Source: Parcubacteria group bacterium Gr01-1014_3
GTDB taxonomy: Bacteria > Patescibacteriota > Minisyncoccia > UBA6257 > WO2-44-18
Length of the DNA: 64,000 nt
Assembly: GCA_007376445.1 (NCBI GenBank)
Contig: VMGF01000001.1
Location: forward strand, 316,203 to 380,202
Direction: 5' to 3'
In this document: one piece after another, positions 9,019 through 17,280 of the stretch
Numbering within the stretch: position 1 is the stretch's first letter
How the letters are laid out: each line of letters starts with the position of its first letter
Notes under the pieces: model-generated
The model's database searches: none
What the model saw: only the letters and a program-made list of their open reading frames with translations
What the model was told of the DNA's origin: nothing
Made by a program: the position numbers and the translations under genes

Positions 9019-10290
9019 ATGAAACAATTTACTAAAAAGACTTTAAAAAACGGCTTACGGGTTATTACGATTCCGAAAAAAGACAGCTTGGCGACTACCG
9101 TATTGGTTTTGGTAGAAGCCGGTTCAAAATACGAAACGAAAAAAATAAACGGTCTCTCGCACTTCCTGGAGCACATGTGCTTTAAGGGCACGAAAAAACG
9201 GCCGACGGCCCTGGATATTGCCGGTGAGCTAGATGGCATCGGCGCTGAATACAACGCTTTTACTTCTCAGGAATGGACCGGCTATTACGCGAAAGCGCAG
9301 TCGGAACACACCGACAAGGTTTTAGATATCATTTCTGATATGTATCTCAATCCGACTTTTGATCCGAAAGAGATCGAGAAAGAGAAAGGCGTAGTGATCG
9401 AAGAATTGAATATGTACGAAGATACTCCGCAGAGAAAAGTGCAGGATTTATTTATGGAGCTGTTGTATGGAGACCAGCCAGCTGGCTGGGATGTGGGCGG
9501 AAAAAAAGAGATCATTCAGAAACTCAACAAGGCGGATTTCTTAAAATATCGCGGCGAGCATTATGTGGCGAAAGCGACGGTGATCGTGGTTTCAGGAGCG
9601 GTCAATGAAAAAACTCTGCTTCCGAAAATCGAAAAAGCCTTTTCCAATATCACGGTGGCAGATAAGTCCGGGAAAATTAAAACTATCGAAAAGCAATCCA
9701 AGCCGGAAATTCTGATCAGGCACAAAGAATCTGATCAGACCCATCTGGTAATGGGTATACGGGCTTTTGACGCCTTCGACAAGCGGCGTTTCGCGCTGGA
9801 TGTGCTCGCGGATATTTTGGGCGGCGGCATGAGCTCACGATTGTTCCAGCGGGTGCGCGAAAAGTTGGGCGCGGCGTATTACGTGAATGCCGGAGTGGAT
9901 CTGTTGAGTGATCATGGCTATCTCGGCATCTCCGCCGGTATTGAGCATTCCAAAATAAATATCGTAATAAAAGCGATTTTGGAAGAATTGAACAAGATCA
10001 AAAAGAATTCTATTTCCAAAGAAGAACTTCATCGGGCAAAAGATCATCTGACCGGCCGCATGATCCTAGGGCTGGAAGCTTCGGATTCGTTGGCGATGTA
10101 TTATGGCGGCCAAGAAATTCTGCGACGCGAGGAAATGGCGCCGGAAGAACTGGTGAAAATTATCCACGCCGTTAATCTCGAAGATATCGTGGCTGTGGCA
10201 AATGACCTATTTAAGAACGATCGGCTGAATTTAGCGATGATCGGCCCCTATAAAGATCCGAAACAATTTGCGGAGATACTTCGTTTCTAA
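9019..10290 (+). CDS. M16 family (insulinase-like) zinc peptidase
   Basis: It has the HFLEHMCF (HxxEH) inverted zinc-binding motif. A terminator hairpin ttccccgatagaaatcggggaatttttt lies upstream. Confidence 0.85.
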   Translation: MKQFTKKTLKNGLRVITIPKKDSLATTVLVLVEAGSKYETKKINGLSHFLEHMCFKGTKKRPTALDIAGELDGIGAEYNAFTSQEWTGYYAKAQSEHTDKVLDIISDMYLNPTFDPKEIEKEKGVVIEELNMYEDTPQRKVQDLFMELLYGDQPAGWDVGGKKEIIQKLNKADFLKYRGEHYVAKATVIVVSGAVNEKTLLPKIEKAFSNITVADKSGKIKTIEKQSKPEILIRHKESDQTHLVMGIRAFDAFDKRRFALDVLADILGGGMSSRLFQRVREKLGAAYYVNAGVDLLSDHGYLGISAGIEHSKINIVIKAILEELNKIKKNSISKEELHRAKDHLTGRMILGLEASDSLAMYYGGQEILRREEMAPEELVKIIHAVNLEDIVAVANDLFKNDRLNLAMIGPYKDPKQFAEILRF

Positions 10291-10353
10291 TATAGTAGGG
10301 ATATAGGGCCGACACGCCCGATCCCGCCTGCGGCGGGCAAGTCCGCACTTTAC

Positions 10354-11373
10354 ATGGAACAGAAAGGCATAATGATCAGCTGGGCGAGCCTGTGGAAGAT
10401 AGTCTTAATGCTTCTGCTGGTTTGGGTTCTTTACGTGGCGCGTGAGATAGTGGTCGCGCTCTTTTTGGCTATCGTAGTTTCTGCCGCTTTTGACCCGGCC
10501 GTTAGTTGGATGGAGAAACGAAAAATTCCTAGAATTCTTGGCACGCTTGGCATGTATATCTTGATGATCTTCTTGATCGGCATGCTGGTTTACGCGGTTG
10601 TTCCGATCGCGCTTTCAGAATTAAGTATTTTCTTGGGTAACCTTGGTAAGATCTCCGGCAACCTTTCCGACCTCGTGGACGCCTCCAGTCTGATCCAGGC
10701 GGTGAATCAGAGTTTAACCAGACTGACCAACCTGCTTTTAAGTGGCAGCTCGTCCTTGCTGGATATTGGCTCACAATTTTTGGGCGGTTTAACAATGACG
10801 ATTTCGGTATTCGTTTTGTCCTTTTATCTTACAGTCGGCAAAGATGGTGTAGAGAAATTCTTGGTGAACGTTCTCCCGCCGGCCTATGAAAGCGTAGCGA
10901 CGGACCTTTATTATCGGATCCGAAAGAAGATCGGACGATGGCTGTCTGGCCAGGTTATCTTAAGTTTTGCGATTGGCCTGATGGTTTTCTTGGGGCTGTG
11001 GATATTAGGGGTTAAATACAGCCTGCTTCTTGGTATCTTGGCCGGTATCTTTGAGCTAATTCCTTATGTGGGCCCGATCTTTAGTGGAAGCTTGGCCGTT
11101 TTAGTTGGCGCGACCCATTCTTTGTCATTAGGCCTTTATACGGCTATTTTGTTCATCATTATTCAGCAGCTCGAGAATCATGTCCTGGTGCCGGCCGTCA
11201 CTAAATTCACGACCGACATTTCGCCGGTAGTCATTTTGGTAGCTCTACTTGTTGGCGCCAAGGTGTTTGGCTTTGTGGGATTGATCTTAGCAGTGCCGAT
11301 CACGGTGCTTTTACAGGAATTTTTGGAGAACTGGTCTCAAACAAAAGCTCGAAGGAGAGGACTGGGTATCTAG
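10354..11373 (+). CDS. AI-2E family transporter (PerM/TqsA-like permease)
   Basis: It has 7-8 TM helices and the conserved ELIPYVGPI motif. Confidence 0.7.
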   Translation: MEQKGIMISWASLWKIVLMLLLVWVLYVAREIVVALFLAIVVSAAFDPAVSWMEKRKIPRILGTLGMYILMIFLIGMLVYAVVPIALSELSIFLGNLGKISGNLSDLVDASSLIQAVNQSLTRLTNLLLSGSSSLLDIGSQFLGGLTMTISVFVLSFYLTVGKDGVEKFLVNVLPPAYESVATDLYYRIRKKIGRWLSGQVILSFAIGLMVFLGLWILGVKYSLLLGILAGIFELIPYVGPIFSGSLAVLVGATHSLSLGLYTAILFIIIQQLENHVLVPAVTKFTTDISPVVILVALLVGAKVFGFVGLILAVPITVLLQEFLENWSQTKARRRGLGI

Positions 11374-11497
11374 GTAAATTTTCAATGCTCAATTTTAAAT
11401 TTTCATTGAATTTTCAATGAACTAATTTTTAAACCCTGAAAATTATCAAATTGATAATTGATTGGAAATTGTTGCTTGAAAATTGTAAATTGATTCT

Positions 11498-13006
11498 ATG
11501 GAGAAATTCTACATAACCACATCCATCCCATATGTAAACGCGACGCCTCATTTGGGCAACGTGCTTGATTCCGTATACGCGGATGTCTTGGCGCGTTATC
11601 ATCGACAGCGAGGCGCGGATGTACGATTTTTGACCGGGTCTGATGAGCATGGTGTGAAAATTGCGCGAAGCGCCGCCGCCCGGTTCGCGGGCGAGCCTCG
11701 CCCATCGGATGGGCGGGAAGCGGTTCCGACAGAAATAATTCAAAGATTCGTAGATGAAACTTCCGCCAAGTTTCGCGCGCTCAAAGAGACCCTGAATCTT
11801 TCCTGGGATGATTTTATTCGCACTTCTGATCAGCAGCGGCATTGGCCTGGCGCGCAAAAACTCTGGAATGCCTTAGCGGCGCAGGGCGATCTATATAAAA
11901 AATCCTACAAGGGACTGTATTGCGTAGGTCATGAAGCTTTTGTGACTGACAAAGATTTGGATAACGGAGTTTGCAAAGATCACCAGAAAAAACCGGAGAT
12001 AATCGCGGAAGAAAACTGGTTTTTCAAACTTTCCAAATATTCTAAAGAGATAGAATCAAGAATCAAGAATCAAGAATTAAGAATAGTGCCGGAGGGAAAA
12101 CGGCATGAGATCCTTTCGCTCCTCAAAGAAGGATTGGAGGACGTGAGTTTTTCTAGGCCCAGCAAGGATTTGTCTTGGGGCGTGCCCGTGCCGGGTGACC
12201 CGACGCAGACGATGTATGTGTGGGCGGACGCTCTGGCCAACTACATTTCCGCTCTTGGTTATGGTTCGACAAGCTCACCACAAGTGGACGACTCTGAAAA
12301 AGACTTTAAAAAATATTGGCCAGCGGATGTACAAGTGATCGGCAAGGACAATCTCCGATTTCACGCTGCGATTTGGCCGGGCATGCTTTTGTCGGCAGGA
12401 TTACCACTGCCCAAAACCGTCTTCGTACACGGATTTTTAACCGTGGATGGCCAGAAAATCTCTAAAACCGTGGGGAATGTCATTGATCCGGTGGAGCTAG
12501 TGAAAAAATATGGTACCGACCCGGTCCGATATTATTTATTACGCGAAGTTTCGCCATTTGAAGATGGCGATTTTAGTTATGAGAAGTTTGAAGCGGCGTA
12601 TAACGGCGATTTGGCTAATGGTATTGGCAATTTTTCCGCGCGAGTCCTGGCCTTGGCGGAGAAAGCGGGGAATCTTGCGGCCGGTAAGGCCTCGCCAGAA
12701 ATAGAAGCCGCCATTCAAAAAACTCGCGAAGAATTAGAAGAAAAAATCGGTGAATATAAATTCCATGAAGCGGCGAGCGTGATTTGGGGGCTTATTTCGT
12801 TCGGTGATTCGTATGTAAACGAAAAAAAGCCGTGGCAAAATCCTGATCCGGGAGTTTTACTGGACCTGGTAACTATTTTAGAAAATGTCGCCGAATTATT
12901 GTCGCCGTTCATTCCGGGAACCGCTGAGAAAATTTCTAAATGCATAGTTCGCGAAGGTAAAATTCTGAAAATTAAAAAAGGCGAGGTTTTGTTTCCTCGC
13001 CTATAG
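11498..13006 (+). CDS. metG: methionyl-tRNA synthetase
   Basis: It has FYITTSIPYVNATPHLGN (HIGH-type) and KISKTVGNVIDP (KMSKS-type) motifs. It carries an in-frame insert IESRIKNQELRI encoded by an aatcaag tandem repeat. Confidence 0.9.
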   Translation: MEKFYITTSIPYVNATPHLGNVLDSVYADVLARYHRQRGADVRFLTGSDEHGVKIARSAAARFAGEPRPSDGREAVPTEIIQRFVDETSAKFRALKETLNLSWDDFIRTSDQQRHWPGAQKLWNALAAQGDLYKKSYKGLYCVGHEAFVTDKDLDNGVCKDHQKKPEIIAEENWFFKLSKYSKEIESRIKNQELRIVPEGKRHEILSLLKEGLEDVSFSRPSKDLSWGVPVPGDPTQTMYVWADALANYISALGYGSTSSPQVDDSEKDFKKYWPADVQVIGKDNLRFHAAIWPGMLLSAGLPLPKTVFVHGFLTVDGQKISKTVGNVIDPVELVKKYGTDPVRYYLLREVSPFEDGDFSYEKFEAAYNGDLANGIGNFSARVLALAEKAGNLAAGKASPEIEAAIQKTREELEEKIGEYKFHEAASVIWGLISFGDSYVNEKKPWQNPDPGVLLDLVTILENVAELLSPFIPGTAEKISKCIVREGKILKIKKGEVLFPRL

Positions 13007-13009
13007 CAG

Positions 13010-13624
13010 TTAGGCTTGCGCCTCTTCCTTGTGTTCCAGCATTGGCCGGAGTTTCTGATCAACGAACTCTTTAACCTGCCGGCGGTAATCATCTAGATTA
13101 CCGGAATTGTCGATTTTGAAGTCGGCTCCGGCGCCGATAGTCGAGATGTTAATCTCAGTCGGCTTCATTTCGTTCTCGCAGAACTGTTCCCAGGTCAGGT
13201 CGGCTTCGCCAGGCTTTTGATTACGGGCTTTGACGCGCTGGTATCGGGTATCCGGCGGAGCGGTGACGTACACCAGAAGATTTCTCACAAATCCCCGGAT
13301 CATTGTGCCGTCTTCCGGCCAGCGCACACCATCCACGATTTTAACTTCGGCCAGGTTTTCTTCAACAAACTTAGCCATGGCGGCGGCTAATGTCCAGCCA
13401 GGGAAGGCTTCTTTAAGGATTACCGGCATTTTCTGGAGATTTTCCCGTGACGGTAAGATATTGGCCGCGTCGCAGATCTTTTTCAAGATATCCGAGAAAA
13501 CCATTGTCCTTCGGCTAGGATGAAGCTGCTGATTGAACATCTCGTCGATCAATAGCCTGGAAAATGTTTCTTTCCCAGCGCCAATCTCTCCGGTAACACC
13601 GATTACGATTGCATGGCCGTTCAT
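13010..13624 (-). CDS. P-loop nucleotide kinase, dephospho-CoA kinase (CoaE)-like
   Basis: It has the Walker A GVTGEIGAGKET. Downstream blocks LVYVTAPPDTRYQRV and ADFKIDNSGNLDDYRRQV resemble CoaE. Confidence 0.5.
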   Translation of the reverse strand: MNGHAIVIGVTGEIGAGKETFSRLLIDEMFNQQLHPSRRTMVFSDILKKICDAANILPSRENLQKMPVILKEAFPGWTLAAAMAKFVEENLAEVKIVDGVRWPEDGTMIRGFVRNLLVYVTAPPDTRYQRVKARNQKPGEADLTWEQFCENEMKPTEINISTIGAGADFKIDNSGNLDDYRRQVKEFVDQKLRPMLEHKEEAQA

Positions 13625-13694
13625 CAGTCGCCCCCTTTCATCAGCGCCAAGGTTTGTGAAAAGACTTATGCTATAGTAGCCTAAAATTAATATT

Positions 13695-14528
13695 TTGAAA
13701 AGTATGAAACTATTCGACGCGCATACTCATATTCATTTTCCACTTTACGACGCTGATCGAGAGGCGGTGATTAAGCGCGCGAAAGAAGCTGGAGTCAAAA
13801 TGCTTTGCGTGGGAACGCAGGCGGCTTCATCGGAGGCGGCGGTAGAATTGGCGCGGAAAAATCCGAGAGAGGTTTGGGCGGCAGCTGGTTTTCATCCGAA
13901 TCATTTCGCGAGTTCGTGGTATCACGACAAAAAAGAGCAGCCGAAGGGCGAGAGGGAAGAGTTTGATGCCCAGCGGCTTCGAAAGATCGCCGAGAATCCG
14001 GAGGTAGTGGCGATCGGCGAGTTTGGCCTGGATTATTATCGATTGACCGACGAGTTAAAAGAAAAAGAAAATCAGCAGGAGGCGTTTCAGGTTCAGGCTA
14101 ATATAGCTAAAGACCTCCAAAAAGCGATGATGCTGCATTGTCGGCCAGCCAAGGGAACAGACGATGCTTATATCGAAGCCGACCGGATACTTTCTACTTT
14201 TGAAAACTTACCGCCGAGAATTTTCCATTTTTACGTCGGGTCTATGCGCATTACCAAAAAGCTGGTGGAGGCAGGATCTTATTTTACCTTCGGCGGCGTG
14301 ATCACATTTTCTCGGGATTACGACGAGATTATAAAATACATTCCGCTCGACCGGATCTTGCTGGAAACGGACGCGCCATATGTGGCGCCAATGCCATATC
14401 GCGGGAAGCGCAACGAACCAGCTTATATCATAGAAACCGCCAAGAAACTGGCTGAAATTAAAGGTATTTCAGCGGACGAAGCCGCCGAGCAGACGACCGT
14501 AAACGGATTGAAAGTTTTTAGGATTTAG
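13695..14528 (+). CDS. tatD: TatD family metal-dependent deoxyribonuclease/hydrolase
   Basis: The N-terminus FDAHTHIHF (metal-binding HxH) and the C-terminal ETDAPY motif are both present. Confidence 0.85.
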   Translation: MKSMKLFDAHTHIHFPLYDADREAVIKRAKEAGVKMLCVGTQAASSEAAVELARKNPREVWAAAGFHPNHFASSWYHDKKEQPKGEREEFDAQRLRKIAENPEVVAIGEFGLDYYRLTDELKEKENQQEAFQVQANIAKDLQKAMMLHCRPAKGTDDAYIEADRILSTFENLPPRIFHFYVGSMRITKKLVEAGSYFTFGGVITFSRDYDEIIKYIPLDRILLETDAPYVAPMPYRGKRNEPAYIIETAKKLAEIKGISADEAAEQTTVNGLKVFRI

Positions 14529-14563
14529 TATAGGATTAACGCAGTTCTTAAGGAGATGTTGCT

Positions 14564-14953
14564 ATGTGGGAAATCGAGAATAGACTACTCGCGAAGCTGA
14601 TTGAACTTACGAAAACCGATAAGATGCGGTGGGATGCCAATCTGGATATTCATTCAGCCATGCATGAAAGCAACAAGCTTTTTGTTTGGTGGCCTCAAGA
14701 TGGCAAGCCAGGCTTAACTCTTAACGACACTCGGGTCGAAGATTATGGCATTGGAATCGAAGTGTTGATCACCGAAATTCACAAACAGTACGAACGACAG
14801 GATCGGAATGGTTACGGTCCGACCGCGAAGAAGGAACGAGAAGAGGCCGATAGCAAGGGCCAGGAAGCCGCGCGGAAAGAAGCATCGGATTTCGCCAATG
14901 CGGCGAGCAAGTTCCTGGAAGACGAAAATAAGAAAAACAAAAAGAGACGCTGA
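14564..14953 (+). CDS. hypothetical small protein, paralog of the 15102 gene
   Basis: The block AKLIELTKTDKMRWDANLD parallels ALAKLTSQDKLVWEHHDL in the next gene. It has a lysine-rich tail. Confidence 0.45.
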   Translation: MWEIENRLLAKLIELTKTDKMRWDANLDIHSAMHESNKLFVWWPQDGKPGLTLNDTRVEDYGIGIEVLITEIHKQYERQDRNGYGPTAKKEREEADSKGQEAARKEASDFANAASKFLEDENKKNKKRR

Positions 14954-14974
14954 TAAAGCACTATTCCACGGCGG

Positions 14975-15006
14975 TCGCCGTGGTTTTTATTACTTCGGGT
15001 TGCTTT
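14975..15006. terminator. perfect hairpin ttgcttttatgacc-gta-tggtcataaaagcaa
   Basis: It is a 14-bp perfect inverted repeat between the two paralogous small genes. An extended -10 promoter, atatggtataat (TGnTATAAT), follows at about 15045-15056. Confidence 0.5.
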
Positions 15007-15101
15007 TATGACCGTATGGTCATAAAAGCAACCCATTGTAAGAATATAAAAATATGGTATAATTTCGGCAGTTCTAAGACAATCAACAAAAGAGGTGGCT
15101 C

Positions 15102-15533
15102 TTGAAAAACAAGGACTTCAGCGCCGGTTTCGTGAAAGCCCTCGCCAAGCTTACGAGTCAGGATAAGCTGGTTTGGGAGCATCACGATTTAAGTGGCCAT
15201 GGGTATCGGTTTGATTCGGACATCGCTTACTGCGAAACCTGGATCTTGTGTCTCGACACAGTAAAAAATTCTTTCGTGTTGCAGGTTGCTGAATCATTTA
15301 ACTGTTTCACGGAGTTTTCTGGTGCGGATTATGGGCTTGGCGGGCTTGATAGGGCAATTTCTAGCCAGCGCTATCGTCAGACAAGCGGAATGTGCAGGAA
15401 GGCCTTAGTCCCTGAGGACAAAATTGCCAAATTTATCAATGATAAGGTGCTCAAGGCTAAGAAAGACGATGAAGATCGGGAGACGGTTCTCGAAAAGTGC
15501 TCCCGGGCGTTTAAAGGAGAGAAATATGAATAG
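15102..15533 (+). CDS. hypothetical small protein, paralog of the 14564 gene
   Basis: It shares the N-terminal motif with the 14564 gene. A terminator gacctcgcttaaaggcgaggtttttt lies at about 15538-15565. Confidence 0.45.
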   Translation: MKNKDFSAGFVKALAKLTSQDKLVWEHHDLSGHGYRFDSDIAYCETWILCLDTVKNSFVLQVAESFNCFTEFSGADYGLGGLDRAISSQRYRQTSGMCRKALVPEDKIAKFINDKVLKAKKDDEDRETVLEKCSRAFKGEKYE

Positions 15534-15637
15534 ACTTGACCTCGCTTAAAGGCGAGGTTTTTTAATTGCCGATTTTTTAAAATCGTGCTATAAAGTAGCC
15601 AGCAATTTGAGAGGTTCATATACCAGGAGGTGGCCAA

Positions 15638-17233
15638 ATGATTGACCACGAAAGCACGCTGAATGATTTGTTTAATCGTGCCTCTAGGCTTTATCCGGAT
15701 CATCCGGCAATCTCATTTTTCGACTTCGAGCTGTCTTATAGCCAACTTGATATGCGCGCTGGTCAGTTTGCCAATTTTCTGAAAAAGAAAGGCATTGGAT
15801 ACGGTGACCGAGTTGGAATGATTTTGCCTAACTGTCCACAGCTGGTTATCGCTTATCGCGGCGCCCTAAGGGCCGGAGCAATCGTGGTGATGATGAATCC
15901 GCTCGCGAGTTCGGATGAGATTCTGGAGATGGTCCAGCAAACGAAGCCCTCGATCGTCATTTCTCTCAAAGATTTCCGGGAGCACAATTATGAGATCGCG
16001 AATTTCGCGACTTATGATGGAATGCTTATGGTGATCAGTCTGGCGGACTACCTGCCATTGATTACGGGTATGCTCTACGGAGCGAAGAATTTAGTGGGCA
16101 AGACATGGCACTGGGCGAGAAATCCTAATGACATTGGGTTTTTTGTAGGCCCAAGGTGGCATGAAACAGAATCTTGCGCGCCCACGAAAACAAACGGCGA
16201 GGTTAAACCATCTGATACCGCGGTACTCCAGTTTACCGGCGGTACGACCGGTGGGCTGAAGGCAGCTGAGCTTACCCATTACAATCTGGTGAATAACGCT
16301 AATCAAGCGGCAGCGATTTTGGGTGATCTGGTTTCACCGGAATCGGTTTTTCTGGGTGTATTACCAATTTTTCATGTTTATGGACTTTCGGTCTGTTTGA
16401 ATATCGCTTTTTCGCATGGCAGTAAGGTTGTCCTGTTGCCGCGTTTCAACGCGAAGCAGGTGATCAAGACAATCATTAGCGAGAAAGTTAATATTCTCCC
16501 GGCGATTCCAAAGATTTTTTCCGCTCTACTAAAGACGGGTGTCTCTTCTGACGCCTATCGTACTCTGCGCGCTTGTTTTTCTGGCGCCGGAGCGTTGGAC
16601 GGCAAGCTGAAGCAGGAGTTTCAGTCCTGGACTGGTGCCAAGATCTTTGAGGGCTACGGACTTTCCGAGACTTCACCGATTGCCATGGTTAATACACCGG
16701 AAGCGAATCGGGATGGAAGTTTGGGGAGGCCCGTGCCGGATACTGAAGCCAAGATCGTGGATGACGAACTGTTCATCCGCGGCCCTCAGGTGATGAGAGG
16801 ATATTGGGGTAAGCGCCAAGCGACCCACGAAGTTCTGGACCGCGACGGTTGGCTTGCTACCGGCGATATGGCTCGAATGGATGACGACGGGTTCTATTGG
16901 ATGACTGATCGGAAAAAGGACATGATCAAGATCAGGGGTGAAAATGTTTATCCGAGCGAGATCGAGAAAGTGATCAAGCGGCATGTTAATGTCGCTGAGG
17001 TGGCGGTGGTCGGCATTCCTGACCGTGACTTAGGCGAAAAGATCGTGGCCTGCGTGGTCCTGAAGGATGGAAAAACAAAGGCCGAGGAGATTCTGGCTTT
17101 CTGCCGGAAGGAAGGCCTCGCTTCGATAAAGATTCCGCAAGAGGTTCGGTTCGTAAAAGAAATACCGAAGAATCCGATTCTCGGAAAGGTCCTGAAGAAG
17201 GAGCTTCGGGCGATGATTCAAAAGCCGCAGTAA
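15638..17233 (+). CDS. AMP-dependent synthetase/ligase (acyl-CoA synthetase family)
   Basis: It has the AMP-binding motif TGGTTGGLKAAELTHYN, a GYGLSETS block, and a C-terminal domain with IKIRGENVYPSEIE. The SD is ccaggaggtgg. A terminator aaaagccgcagtaatgcggcttttttt lies at about 17221-17248. Confidence 0.85.
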   Translation: MIDHESTLNDLFNRASRLYPDHPAISFFDFELSYSQLDMRAGQFANFLKKKGIGYGDRVGMILPNCPQLVIAYRGALRAGAIVVMMNPLASSDEILEMVQQTKPSIVISLKDFREHNYEIANFATYDGMLMVISLADYLPLITGMLYGAKNLVGKTWHWARNPNDIGFFVGPRWHETESCAPTKTNGEVKPSDTAVLQFTGGTTGGLKAAELTHYNLVNNANQAAAILGDLVSPESVFLGVLPIFHVYGLSVCLNIAFSHGSKVVLLPRFNAKQVIKTIISEKVNILPAIPKIFSALLKTGVSSDAYRTLRACFSGAGALDGKLKQEFQSWTGAKIFEGYGLSETSPIAMVNTPEANRDGSLGRPVPDTEAKIVDDELFIRGPQVMRGYWGKRQATHEVLDRDGWLATGDMARMDDDGFYWMTDRKKDMIKIRGENVYPSEIEKVIKRHVNVAEVAVVGIPDRDLGEKIVACVVLKDGKTKAEEILAFCRKEGLASIKIPQEVRFVKEIPKNPILGKVLKKELRAMIQKPQ

Positions 17234-17280
17234 TGCGGCTTTTTTTATTGCTCTAATTTTAGTAAACTGGAGACACGTAG

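Noticed and set aside
11429-11857. Antisense ORFs (142 and 69 aa) overlapping the metG 5' end
   Set aside because: metG is strongly supported by motifs. The antisense frames have Arg-rich, non-protein-like composition.
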